Assembly: GCF_018350175.1 (NCBI RefSeq)
Contig: NC_058368.1
Span: 58,034,001-58,098,000 of the forward strand
DNA from: Felis catus
Lineage: Eukaryota
Reading direction: 5' to 3'
Length of the DNA stretch: 64,000 nt
This document shows positions 12,713-24,428 of this stretch, piece after piece. Each line of letters begins with the position of its first letter. Position 1 is the stretch's first letter. Made by a program: the position numbers and the translations under genes. Below the pieces are notes generated by a model. It did no database searches and had not been told where the DNA came from. It saw only the letters and a program-made list of their open reading frames with translations.

Positions 12713-14070
12713 CCAATGGAATAGAATAGAGACTCCAGAATTAGACCCACAAAAGTATGGCCAACTAATCTTTGACGAAGCAGGAAAGAATATCCAATGG
12801 AAAAAAGACAGTCTCTTTAACAAATGGTTCTGGGAGAACTGGACAACAACATGCAGAAGAATGAAACTAGACCACTTTCTTACACCTTTCACAAAAATAA
12901 ACTCAAAAGGGATAAAAGACCTGAATGTGAGACAGGAAACCATCAAAACCCTAGACAAGAAAGCAGGAAAAACCTCTCTGACCTCAGCTGCAGCAATTTC
13001 TTACTTGACACATCTCCAAAGGCAAGGGAATTAAAAGCAAAAATGAACTATTGGGACCTCATGAAGATAAAAAGCTTCTGCACGGCAAAGGAAAGAATCA
13101 ACAAAACTAAAAAGCAACCAACAGAATGGGAAAATATATTTTCAAATGACATATCAGACAAAGGGCTAGTATCCAAAATCTATAAAGAACTCACCAAACT
13201 CCACACCTGAAAAACAAGTAATCCAGTGAAGAAATGGGAACTTCTCTAAAGAAGACATCCAGATGGCCACGAGGCACATGAAAAGGTGCTTAACGTCACT
13301 CCTCATCAGGGAAATACAAATCAAAACCACACTGAGATACTACCTCATGCCAGTCAGAGTGGCTAAAATGAACAAATCAGGAGACTATAGATGCTGGAGA
13401 GGATGTGGAGAAACGGGAACCCTCTTGCACTGTTGGTGGGAATGCAAACTGGTGTGGCCCCTCTGGAAAACAGGGTGGAGGTTCCTCAAAAAATTAAAAA
13501 TAGATCTACCCTATGACCCAGCAATAGCACTGCTAGGAATTTACCCAAGCGATACAGGAGTGCTGATGCATAGGGACACTTGTACCCCAATGTTTATAGC
13601 AGCACTTTTGACAATAGCCAAATTATGGAAAGAGCCTAAATATCCATCAACTGAGGAATGGATAAAGAAATTGTGGTTTATATACACAATGGAATACTAC
13701 TTGGCAATGAGAAAGAATATAATATGTCCTTTTGTAGAAATGTGGATGGAACTGGAGAGTGTTATGCTAAGTGAAATAAGTCATACAGAGAAAGTCAGAT
13801 GCCACGTTTTCATTCTTAGGTGGATCTTGAGAAACTTAAAGAAGACCATGGGGGAGGGAAGGAAAAAAAAAGAGCGGGAGGGAGCCAAACCATAAGAGAC
13901 TCTTAAAAACTGAGAATAAACAGGGTTGATGGGGGATGGGAGGGAGGGGAAAGTGGGCGATGGGCATTGAGGAGGACACCTGTTGGGAGGAGCACTGGGT
14001 GTTGTATGGAAACCAATTTGACAATAAATTTCATACTAAATAAATAAATAAAATAAATAAAATAAAATAA
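12713..14070 (+). mobile_element. 5'-truncated young felid LINE-1 (ORF2 C-terminal part, 3'UTR, A-rich tail)
   Basis: ORFs 12684-13034, 12824-13210 and 13263-13895 translate to L1 ORF2p, including the cysteine-rich [19 protein letters not shown] motif. G-rich 3'UTR, aataaa and (AAAT/AAAAT)n tail. Frameshifts and a TGA at 13208-13210. Confidence 0.97.
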
Positions 14071-14283
14071 ACCACAGATGGAATGATATTATATATGCTG
14101 AAAATTAAATAAAATGAGTCTTAACATCTTGTGCCCTTTTGGGGGAGAGGGTAATAACTTCTCTGCTTGCATGAAAAATAATTGCATCTTGTTAGGCAAA
14201 AGGATAAAATTACAATCAGTATTGTATGGAAGTTCATTATAATAAGTGGATGCATGGATACAATGTACCAACGGGATGAGATA
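14071..14283 (+). mobile_element. 3' end of the ERVL internal region
   Basis: aataattgcatcttgttaggc…ggaagttcattataataagtggatgcatggatac…caacgggatgag resembles the ERVL internal 3' end just before the 3' LTR (from memory). Confidence 0.6.
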
Positions 14284-14291
14284 TGTTGATT

Positions 14292-14509
14292 TTTTTTTAA
14301 TTTTTTTTAACGTTTATTTATTTTTGAGACACAGAGAGACAGAGCATGAACGGGGGAGGGTCAGAGAGAGGGAGACACAGAATCTGAAACAGGCTCCAGG
14401 CTCTGAGCTGTCAGCACAGAGCCCGACGCGGGGCTCGAACTCACGGACCGCGAGATTATGACCTGAGCTGAAGTCGGCCGCTTAACCGACTGAGCCATCC
14501 AGGCGCCCC
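14292..14509 (-). mobile_element. CAN-SINE (SINEC_Fc-like), young
   Basis: Full body with CpGs retained; perfect 14-bp TSD gagatatgttgatt at 14278-14291 and 14510-14523. Confidence 0.97.
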
Positions 14510-14515
14510 GAGATA

Positions 14516-14870
14516 TGTTGATTATTAAACTATCATCCCTGTGCTGCAACATGAGGGTTTCTCTGCAGCTTCTTCAGCACTAGCCAAATCTTGTCCCATG
14601 CTGAGCAGTCTAAGCCCCATTTCCCTAGAACCCATTCTTAAGAATCCCAAGTTCTCAGAGCACTACCAACAACCATTTAGTGTCTTCTCAGAAGTTCTCT
14701 CTGTCTCTTCCATTTTTTCTGTCAGTTATTGGGGTATTAAGTTGATACCTGCAGTTGCGATATCTCTGCTAGGTCAGTGTTTTTTTCCCCAGGTCTCTAA
14801 TGCCTGTAAAATCAATTCTTCATATTCAATTCTCTGCTGAAATACCCAGTATGGTTTCTGTTTTTCCAAA
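14516..14870 (+). mobile_element. Ancient LTR remnant; probable 3' LTR of the ERVL provirus
   Basis: Starts tgttgattattaaac (compare tgtcaataattaagc at 7669). 3' part cctgcagttgcgatatctctg…caattctctgctgaaatacccagtatggtttctg resembles the end of the 7669-8263 LTR. Shorter than the 5' LTR, so internally deleted. Confidence 0.55.
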
Positions 14871-15299
14871 AGTACTCCTTTTGAAAGAGGGAATAAAAAA
14901 TAAACAAGTAAAACAATATAAACATAAAAGAATAAGATTAGAGAAAATGAATGATGGAGAGAGAAAGAAAGACAAAGATAGAGAGACAAAGAAAAGAAGG
15001 CAGAAAGGGAAAAGAAAAGATTCCAGGAGTGGGACACTAGAACAAAAACATAACACATGCAAAGAACTGAGTAATAAGAGATCGAGGGAAGGATATTTCA
15101 CAAAGAGGGAGCAGTAAGTGTAAAGCATTCTAAGAAGAATGCAATTGGCATTAAAAAGGCTGTGGAGCACTTACATGGAGAACAATGAATAAAGTAAAAA
15201 ATGTAGTAAAAGTTAACTCTTAAAAGTATGAACAGGAAAGATCCTTACATTATGCCTTGGAAGCTATCATTAGTAGCATTTTTTTGTATACATATTGAC

Positions 15300-15612
15300 T
15301 TTATTTTTTAATTTCTTTTTATTTGAATACAGTTGACACACGTTACCTTATTTTCAGGTATACAAGATAGTGATTCAACTTCTCTATATGTTAAACTACT
15401 TCACCACAAGTGTAGCTACCATCTGCCACTATACAGTGCTATTACAGTATTATTGACTTTATTCCCTTTGCTGTGCTTTTTATTCCTGTCATTCATTCAT
15501 TCCATAACGGGAAGCCTATATCTCCCACACCCTTTCACCTATTTTGTCCATCTTCCAAGTCCTCTTCCTTCTGATAACCATCAGATTATTCTCTGTATAC
15601 AGGCCTGATTCT
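15300..15612 (-). mobile_element. Older carnivore L1 3'UTR fragment
   Basis: T-rich tail, then ttcaggtatacaagatagtgattcaac…tctgataaccatcagattattctctgtat, typical antisense L1 3' end. Confidence 0.75.
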
Positions 15613-16168
15613 AAAAAGTATTTTTTAATAAGATAAATCTGGGGGAGAAGCTGCACACACATACATACATGCAGAAAGTGGTTCTAAATTTAAAAAAAAA
15701 ACATAAAATAGGCTATTTTGCTCTAAATTTAATGAAAATAAGCTATGTATACAATTGAACTTGTTTATTATAATTATTGGTTACTCTGACATCCCAATCC
15801 TCTTTTCTGTATCTACTCTCAATTGTTTAATTTATTATCAGCTCAATGCAACAAAATTAAAATATATATTAAGGACACAAACCGTTTTCTAAGTATATTT
15901 TAAAAATCTACACTGAGGAGTAAAATAGGTGCTCAATAATTTTTGTTGGATTTAATTTCAAGTTTTCTGTATTTAAATTCATACCTTGCATTTTCAAATG
16001 GATATTAATTATAAATAGGAAGGTGAATGTGATTACTATGTATTCAATAAGGGACCTGAGTTACAGTAAAAGGAAGTACTAATATAATTCAAAACTCAGG
16101 TTTCCTGCTGTCTAGATCAGACCTCTAGCCAAAAATCAGAAGCAAGGGAATACAATCTGCTTTCTTAG

Positions 16169-16513
16169 GACAGAAATGCTTGAACAAGTAATATCTGTTC
16201 CAGTAGGGGACATAATAGCCTGGTGCGATACTGATAAATGTTATGATGATTTTACCATCAGCTTAGTAAAAACATATCATTTTCAGCACGGAACACAGTA
16301 CAGTGTAACACACGCTGCAAAACTGAATCGATATGAGGATTTGAGCACTGGGAGAACTGTTATGGAAATGCTTGATTCCCCATTCAAAGTGTCGAGCCTA
16401 AATATTGTTGAAATCCAGATGGCTGATTTAAAGCTTACCACAAAGGATAACTGTGGAATGTCCCTAAAGTGTTGGAATGTAATTGAGGTATCAGCTGATT
16501 TTTCATGTGCAAG
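16169..16513 (+). CDS. Candidate internal coding exon of an unidentified gene (about 115 codons)
   Basis: Acceptor tctgctttcttAG (16167-16168) and donor AAG|GTAAGC (16514). Length 345 nt, phase 2 at both ends, with one stop-free frame covering exactly the acceptor-donor interval (TEMLEQVISVPVGDIIAWCDTDKCYDDF…WNVIEVSADFSCA). Non-repetitive, with more GC and CpG than its flanks. Confidence 0.75.
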
Positions 16514-17049
16514 GTAAGCAGTTCTTCATGGTATCCTTTTTATTTTTATGTAACAAGACCAAAAAGCATTTCTTAGTGGGACCAGAAGGCTTAGTTATGA
16601 GATAGAACTTTTAAAGCAATAACACTCAAAATGAGAAGTAGTTTTCCAGACAACACAAGAACAAAGTATAATAGAAAAGAGAACAGGAGACCTCTAGCAA
16701 AATGAATAAGTTTCTTTCACCGTGCAGAGATTCTGTTCAGTGAAGTTTAATTCTCTGGTGTCTATTAATACATATAATTTTATAGCAATTATGACATACA
16801 CACTTATTGTATCAGTGCAAACCATTACATTTTGAGTGAAAAATTGAAAATATTATAGATTCATTATTTATTTAATGAGATTAACAGAGCAAAGAAGGGA
16901 GCAAAAATTGAACTAAGAGAAGACAAAAGTTTTCTACCTGTTTTAACATCTATTGAAAGATACTATTTTCTAGTGCCTCTTAACAGGTAAAAAAAATTGG
17001 AAATGTACTAAAAGTTTGGTCTTACAAATAAAATAATATTACTATTTTT

Positions 17050-17255
17050 TTTCAACGTTTATTTATTTTTGGGACAGAGAGAGACAGAGCATGAACGGGG
17101 GAGGGGCAGAGAGAGAGGGAGACACAGAATCGGAAACAGGCTCCAGGCTCTGAGCCATCAGCCCAGAGCCTGACGCGGGGCTCGAACTCACAGACCGCGA
17201 GATTGTGACCTGGCTGTAGTCGGACGCTCAACCGACTGCGCCACCCAGGCGCCCC
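17050..17255 (-). mobile_element. CAN-SINE (young SINEC_Fc-like)
   Basis: Full body with CpGs intact; perfect 15-bp TSD aatattactattttt at 17035-17049 and 17256-17270. Confidence 0.97.
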
Positions 17256-18130
17256 AATATTACTATTTTTATTACACTAGGTATGTCCTGTTTTTGTATT
17301 ATAGGACACTAAGAGAATTACAAATCTTAATCGATATCTGAGATAACTGTGTTTAACCCATCAGTCAGATTATTTTAGGGATGATAGGAATGGAGAATAT
17401 GCTACCAATCTATGTACTTTAAAATTAACTTTCATGGGAAATCACGAAAGCATTTTTGCCAGGCAGGAGACAATTTCGTCTCCGTAAATTTTTTTTTCTT
17501 TATGTGTATCACTTCATAGTATAAATTGATTCAAATTTCTTATCGCATGAGTTTATGGTAACATTGAAATAATAACAGTTTGTGTTTTTACACCATTTTA
17601 CAATTTACAATGTGCTCAATTCAATATAATTTAATGTTTCCTAACATGTTTTGAGCACCAGCGTTATGCTTTGTGTTATTTTAGGTGTAAAGATACAAAG
17701 ATAAATCAACGTAATCTTCCAGTTGCTCAGATCCCAGTGAGATAGAAACCTAAAAATATAATTGTGATATAAAATAAGAATTTAGATAATAAATGTCTAT
17801 AAAAAGTGCCTCAGCAGCATAGGAAAACTTAGTTCTGTCTGATTTTAGAACATAAGGTTTTGTTTTTGTTTTTTAATCTGCCACACCACATTGCCTATTA
17901 AAGAAGTTGTAAGCTAGAAAATGGTTTGTAATGTATTAACTGGTAAAAAAAAATCCAGATATTGGGTACTTCAATTGTGTAGAATTTATATATATTCATG
18001 TGTGTTTGTGTTTTTCAGTAAATTCATAGTTGCAAAATTTTTACATGATTATAACCACACATATTCTCATTTGCTTCTAGAACTAAAGAGACCCATTCTT
18101 AGAAGTTTTCTAGAATGACTGGCAATAATC

Positions 18131-18958
18131 TGTATTATTACTCTGGGTCCCATCAAGGAAAAATAAACCACGCTAATTATTTCAACAGGGAGATTCATTG
18201 GAAGGATTTGGTTATATGGATAGTAGACAACTATAAAAATTACAAATGAAAACCAAAGTAACAAAGGTATGAGTTGTAGGGAATAGCCCTAAACCTAGGG
18301 CTGGAGAAACAAAGAGGATTGGCTGCCATTGTCAGACCCCAGAAGCTTGGAAAAGAGGGGCCTAAAGAGCTGAAGCATGCACCTCTGAGGAAGATGCTCC
18401 TCAGCCAGTGTTCATATTGAAGTGAAAGGGCCACGAACCTAATTTTGGAAAGTGAGAACAAGCTGGAAAACAGAAACAATGGCTATTGGTAGAATTTCAT
18501 ATTGGGACAATGCTGTCAGGAGCAGCAGTAAAAGAAAAAGGAGCAAGTTCCTTCTTCCATATTCTGTTTGCCAGTTTCCTCGTAGCACCTGCTATAAACA
18601 GAAGCAAACCTAACAGAAAATCAGGTGGTTAGGGGAGCCTGGGTGGCTCAGTCAGTTAAGTGTCCAACTTTAGCTCACGTCATGAACTCACAGTTCGTGG
18701 GTTCAAGTCCCGCGTAGGGTTCTGTGCTGACAGCTCAGAGCCTGGAGCCTGCTTCTGATTCCATGTCTCCCTGTCTCTCTGACCCTTCGCTGCTCACATT
18801 CTTTATCTGTCTCTCAAAAATGGATAAACGTTAAAAAAAAAAAGAAAAGAAAATCAGGTGGCCATGAAGAAATATAGTTTGCAGAATTCTAGTCCTAACA
18901 TAAGACCATGGAGAAATGTGGATTTGTTCCAAAGAGACACAAACTTTAATAACTCATT
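18131..18958 (-). mobile_element. Ancient LTR (LTR78/LTR33-like), interrupted by a SINE
   Basis: tgtattattactctgggtcccatcaaggaaaaataaaccacgctaattatttcaacaggg at the left end and gtttgcagaattctagtcc…gagacacaaactttaataac at the right end; reverse-strand similarity to both ends of 7669-8263. Confidence 0.6.
18632..18847 (+). mobile_element. CAN-SINE
   Basis: Head ggggagcctgggtggctcagtcagttaag and A-tail; TSD agaaaatcaggtgg at 18615-18628 and 18848-18861. Confidence 0.95.
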
Positions 18959-20168
18959 GAATACTTTAAATACTTATTCACTAAACATTAACACAGTATT
19001 AACTATTTTAACAATACAATGACAAAAGGTGTATTGAAAAGAGATTTCATTTTCTTTAAATATGTATATTTATGCTTAATATTGATATCTATAATTTTCT
19101 GGGGTCTTAAGAATTATCACAAAATAAAAGAGAGCTGTTGCTTTTCTGGATAGAGAATGCTCTTGCTGTAAACTAATTCACTTCATATTTATAGTCATAG
19201 ACATTTTGTTGTCGTTTTTATCCTAATTTTCTTGAATTAATTGTACTGCCATTTGCCAAAACTTTTCTCCTGAAGTAATACTGAAGAAAAATTGGATGAG
19301 TGCATTTAGTGCATATTATGTAGGGCATATTAGGGCAAGTGACTTTAAAAGATTTAAAAAAAAGAAAAGTAAAAAAAATGAGATAGAATAGATTCCTTAG
19401 TGCAACTTGATCTAACAGATTTGACAGGAATAGATTAGTGGTTTGAGACTACACAAAGCCTTTAAAAATTACTGTAATACTTTGGTAGTAGTGAGTTTTC
19501 AAATTCTTTAAAAAAGGAAAAGTCAGTTAAGTGGAAGCATCCAAGTTGGAGATTTTTATCTTTCACCATGAACATGATTTAGTCTAAATGTAGGTTATAT
19601 AATGTCCAATAGAACTATACAGGAAACCGATTCCTTTTAGAAAATTATCTAGAAATATGTCCCTATCTGTGACCATAAATTTAAATTATCAAGATATCAA
19701 ATTAATGACTTACAAGAGGAACTAATATAATGAACCTGTTGGACATATGAACATAATCGTCAATTTGAGTACATAAGACTACATTTCATTGGAGATTAAT
19801 TCCTCAGAGACCAATTCAAATAGGATACAGAAGGAGATGATTTACCAACCTTTGAAATTTCTGCTCTTCAGGTCATCTCAGTTTTAAATAGATTTTGATT
19901 TTTTTGATAATTAAAAAGAAAATATTCTGGTAATATGGAAAATTTAAGATTACTAGCATGCACTCCTTGCTACGAAGGCCATCATTTTCAGGGATAGATT
20001 CCATGTCTACTTTTTAAAAAAGAATAATCAGGAAGAATTTTACAAAAAAAGATTTTTTTTAGCTGTCATGTGGGGCTCCCTACCAATTGGAAAATATGCT
20101 GGGAATTTTTGTGATTTCCACTACTTCCAAAAGAAGAGTATTATTGGTGATATGAAGTACTCCCCCTC

Positions 20169-20566
20169 TATAATGATTAATATTAGTGTCCTCTTAGCTG
20201 GGCCATGATGCCAGATATTTGGTCCAACATTATCCTGAATCTTGCACATGTTTTTGGATGAGATTTACATTTAATTTGGTGTAATGTCAGTAAAGGAGAT
20301 TGGCCCCCTTAATTAACATGGGGCTCATTCAATCAGCTGAAGTTCTTAGTAGAACAATCAGCTGATTTCTCCTGAGCAAGAGGGAATTCTGCCAGCAGCC
20401 TGCCTGCAGACTTGATCTGGAACACTGGCTCTTCCTGATTCTCCAGCATACTGCTTCTGTGTTGAATCGTGATTCTTTCAAATCTTCAGTGTGCCAGCCT
20501 TATCCATCAGATTTTGAACTGGTGAAGGCTTCACAACTGTGTGGGCCAATTTCTTAAACACACACA

Positions 20567-20609
<43 letters not shown>

Positions 20610-20664
20610 CCCTCTGCACACATCTTATTTGTTCTATTTCTCTAGAGAACCCTGGCTAATAACA
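20169..20664 (+). mobile_element. MLT2-family (ERVL) solo LTR containing a (CA)n microsatellite
   Basis: tataatgattaatattagtgtc…ccagatatttggtccaacattatcctg…ggatgagatttacatt and the end gttctatttctctagagaaccctggctaataaca match MLT2; (CA)n at about 20558-20608. Confidence 0.85.
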
Positions 20665-20816
20665 TCTAATTAATAATTATATTATTTGTCTAATTTGCCA
20701 AGATGAAGGGAATTTTTAGTCTTTTTATTTTCTCCCTTTTTCACAGGACAATCAATTAAAAATTATGTTTTCCCCCTATATCTCTTGAAAATCAATGCAT
20801 ATAATTCAATTATTTT

Positions 20817-21046
20817 CTTTAATGATTTTTAAAAAAATTTTAATGTTCATTTATTATTGAGAGACAGAGAGACACAGAGTGTGAGCAGGGGCTGGATAGA
20901 GAGAGGAGGAGACACAGAATCCAAAGCAGGCTCCAGACTCTGAGCTGTCAGCACAGAGCCCGACGCAGGGCTTGAACTCACAAACTGCGAGATCATGACG
21001 TGAGCCGAAGTCGGTCACCTAACCAACTGAGCCACCCAGGTGCCCC
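20817..21046 (-). mobile_element. CAN-SINE
   Basis: Antisense body ending gccacccaggtgcccc; TSD taattcaatt(a/c)ttt on both sides. Confidence 0.95.
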
Positions 21047-21771
21047 TAATTCAATTCTTTATATTCCTTCTGCTTTTATCATACTTTCTCAAAATTCTAA
21101 ATCTTGGCGTGTGCATTTCCACTTGTCTGGAATGCCCTTCATGACCTTATTATCCTACTTCACTGCTACTTATTCTTCAAATATCAATCCAGGAATGATT
21201 TTCTTGGAAAAGCATCTCCTAATAGTCACGAAGAGTAAGTGATAACTACTGTATCATTTTGTCTTACCACTCACTCCTCTTATTTCTCCACTGTCTCTTG
21301 TCTTATCAGTTGTCTGGGTGTCAGCAATTCTGTAGATTGTTGAATGGCTGGAATTTTGTCATGCATCTCTGAATCATCAGGTTTAACCCAGTGTCTGTAA
21401 CATATCAGGCACTTATTCAAAGACTGTTTAATAATTGTTATCAAAAGAAATAGGGAATAGTTCATGGGTGGATTGTTGAATACAAAGAGAGATGAGAAAG
21501 GCCATCCAAATAATTTGGAAAATTATTTGAATTGATCTCTGTGTAATCATGTAATTAATTGCATGGCAGTTAATAGTTTGTTAATATGAGTCCTACAGAT
21601 TCAAGTTCCAGCTCCAACACTGCTGACTGAGCTTCCAGTATGTCAATTCCCCTCTGTTGTAAGTTAGGGTAATAATATGAAACTCATGTTTTACAAAAGG
21701 TTTACACTTGAAAATATGTCTACAGAACTTACCCAAAGACTAACATATTCTAAAGAGAAAAAAAAAAGCAA

Positions 21772-22152
21772 TTATGTGTGCTACTCTATTCCATTTAAAA
21801 AGTGGCTGTAGGGGTCCCTGGGTGGCTCAGTCGGTTGAGCATCTGACTTTGGCTCAGGTCATGATCTCGCAGTCTGTGAGTTTGAGCCCCACATCAGGCT
21901 CTGTGCTGACAGCTCAGAGCCTGAAGCCTGCTTGGGATTCTGTGTCTCCCTCTCTCTCTGCCTCTCCCCCACTCATGCTCTGTGTCTCTCTGTCAAAAAT
22001 AAATAAACATTAAAAAATGTTTTTAAATAAAAAGTGGCTGTAAAAGATGCTAGTTGTGAGTAGGACCCAGAACAAAATAAGGCTCTGTAGCAGGTCCAAG
22101 CTGCTATGCAATTTGGGCCATATGATCCAGCAGATTCAATGATGCTTAAAGC
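21772..22152 (+). mobile_element. Isolated ERVL pol fragment split by a SINE
   Basis: gagtaggacccagaacaaaataaggctctgtagcaggtccaagctgctatgcaatttgggccatatgatccagcagattcaatgatgctt encodes E.GPEQ.KAL.QVQAA…GPYDPADSMML-like ERVL pol sequence. Confidence 0.75.
21811..22027 (+). mobile_element. CAN-SINE
   Basis: Full body; perfect 15-bp TSD taaaaagtggctgta at 21796-21810 and 22028-22042. Confidence 0.96.
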
Positions 22153-23719
22153 AAAATGCATTCAATTTAAGTATTATTATAGATGTATTTCGCTTTTCTT
22201 TAGTATATTTTACTGTAAATATGATATAAAATTGAATCTAGATGAATCTAGATATCTTATTGCTTTAGTTATACACTCCTTCTCCCATCCTTGTCTCCAT
22301 CTTTCTAGATTTAGCTATCTTGAAAACATTATTTCTCTATTACTTCATGGTGTCTCTGCATTTATGAATTTACCTACAATTTTACCTGAAGGGAACACTC
22401 TTCTTATTTTGATTTTCTCTTGAGTAACTTAATTTTTGGGGAATGTCTTTCCTAGAGTCTAAGTAGTCAATATATGTCTACTTTATTGTAAATAATTGTT
22501 TAAATACTGTGATTCCTGCTAGAGCTAAGCTTTGTGAGGGTAAGGTCTGTACAGCTTTTTAACATGGAAATTTAGTATTTCACATTATTAATAAAATACA
22601 CTATATACCAAATAAATATTTTTAAACAAATGCATAAATATTTCACTCATCTGAACAATGATTTCTTGCCCGAAAATTACAGAGTATGAGTAATGTAAAA
22701 ATGAGGTGTTCTTTTCCCCTTCTTTTTATGAATGGAAAGCAATATAAACCAGATATATGACACATTTTAGAATGGAAATGTCTTCATTCCTTAGTTTTAA
22801 AAAGGGCATACAGAGAAGCAGCACAATTCTCTCAACTTTATTTGGAAATAGTTTGATCTTGCCATTAAGAATGTGTTATCTTGGAGGGGAAAAAATGTTA
22901 CTAGCCCACTGAACTAATATACCCAAACAATTTAATTTAATAAATGAAAAAAAAATCTAATGATAGAATAAGATAATTTTTTTTTACTATCATAAAAAAG
23001 GCATCTGTCTCATCATCAAATATCTAGGTTCATCCAAGAAATAAGCATTGTTACTTCACTCTCTGACTGCTTTTCCAAATATGTCTTAACATCTTCAGCT
23101 GTATTTTAGCAGTATATTCATCCTAGAATTCCCTGAATTTGTCAAGTCAGATACCAGCTCACTAGCATCTTCAAATCATGTGTCTATATTTATACATCAA
23201 AATGTGTGTGCCAATCAGTACTTCAGTAATTGATAAAACCTTTATAGCATCCTTATTATTTATCATATTAAAATACTTGAAAACTTTTCACACTTTTTAA
23301 TGACTCATTCTAGTTAAATTTCATGTATATCCAAGAAAATTTGTTTTTATTAAATGAAATAACAATTACCACAAAACTAACCTATAGATTTATGTAGCAT
23401 GTAATTAAAATAATATAGTCTACTGCTGAACATATATATATGTATTTTAATATATAATTTAAATGTTCTATATTAGCATAAGAATTGAAAACAATATATC
23501 TAAATGTGGTACCCTTCATAAATCTAAATATCATCAATCTTTTGTTCCTTTGCACTTTCAGTTATTTAAAACAACACTGATTTTATAAGAAATGGTAAAG
23601 ATCAACAAATAAGAAAGGAGAATTTGTTAAAGAACTACTAAGTTATAAATTCAAAGAATTAATTTATATCTTATGAGAAGTACTTTAATTTTCATATGTA
23701 TAAGCATCTTATGCAAAAT

Positions 23720-23850
23720 AGTATATATAGAGAGAGCATATATATATACACATACATATATATTTATATACATACATATATAATATAATGTATATATATA
23801 CACATGCACACATAGAAATAGCAATAGCAGTGTGTGTGTGTGTGTGTGTA
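23720..23850. repeat. Compound (TA)/(CA)/(TG) simple repeat
   Basis: Imperfect TA/CATA runs followed by (TG)n at about 23830-23849. Confidence 0.85.
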
Positions 23851-24428
23851 TGCCGAACGTACTCGGGAATAGATGAACATTTGCAGAGGTAAAAATGAGT
23901 AGGATTAAAAGAGAGAAAATAAATATCATGGCAGATGTATGCTGAAGTCCCTTGAGTCATGTCAGGAAATGGGACATTAAAAAAATATAGTCAGGTGACT
24001 TTATTCAGCCATCTGCCTAAAGTCTAAATGAAGAAGAACAGAAACACTTACAAGTATTTTAAGACAGTTTATTCAAAATGTCAAGTACCAAAGGGTATAA
24101 GATAAGTTGTTATCTGCAACTGGAGTCATATTCATGTGACTGAAATATACATCTGGGAGTATATATAATTTTTAGTGAGTTGGTTAAAATTTTATCCATT
24201 TCCGTCATACACAGGCAATGGCTTAAAACATAAGTGAGTGAAAAAATATTTCCTTATAGAATAAAATTAATTAATTAATGAAGGTTTTAGAAATACAATT
24301 CAAACCTAGTACCTTTTTAATATAGAAACGCTATATTTGGTAGAAACTGTTCAGAAAAATTAATGATAAGAAACATCATCATTGTCATCATTATCGTCAT
24401 CATCATCATCACCACACCACCTCTATAG

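Noticed and set aside
13263..13895. Longest ORF in the window (210 aa)
   Set aside because: C-terminus of L1 ORF2p in a truncated, frameshifted copy; not a host gene.
14774..15170. Overlapping Lys/Arg-rich and Phe/Leu-rich ORFs
   Set aside because: Low-complexity purine-rich DNA that lacks stops by composition.
16206..16240. GDIIAWCDTD as a glycosyltransferase DxD motif
   Set aside because: Resembles GT-A 'G.IIAFLD.D' locally, but the flanking sequence shows nothing else of that fold by eye.
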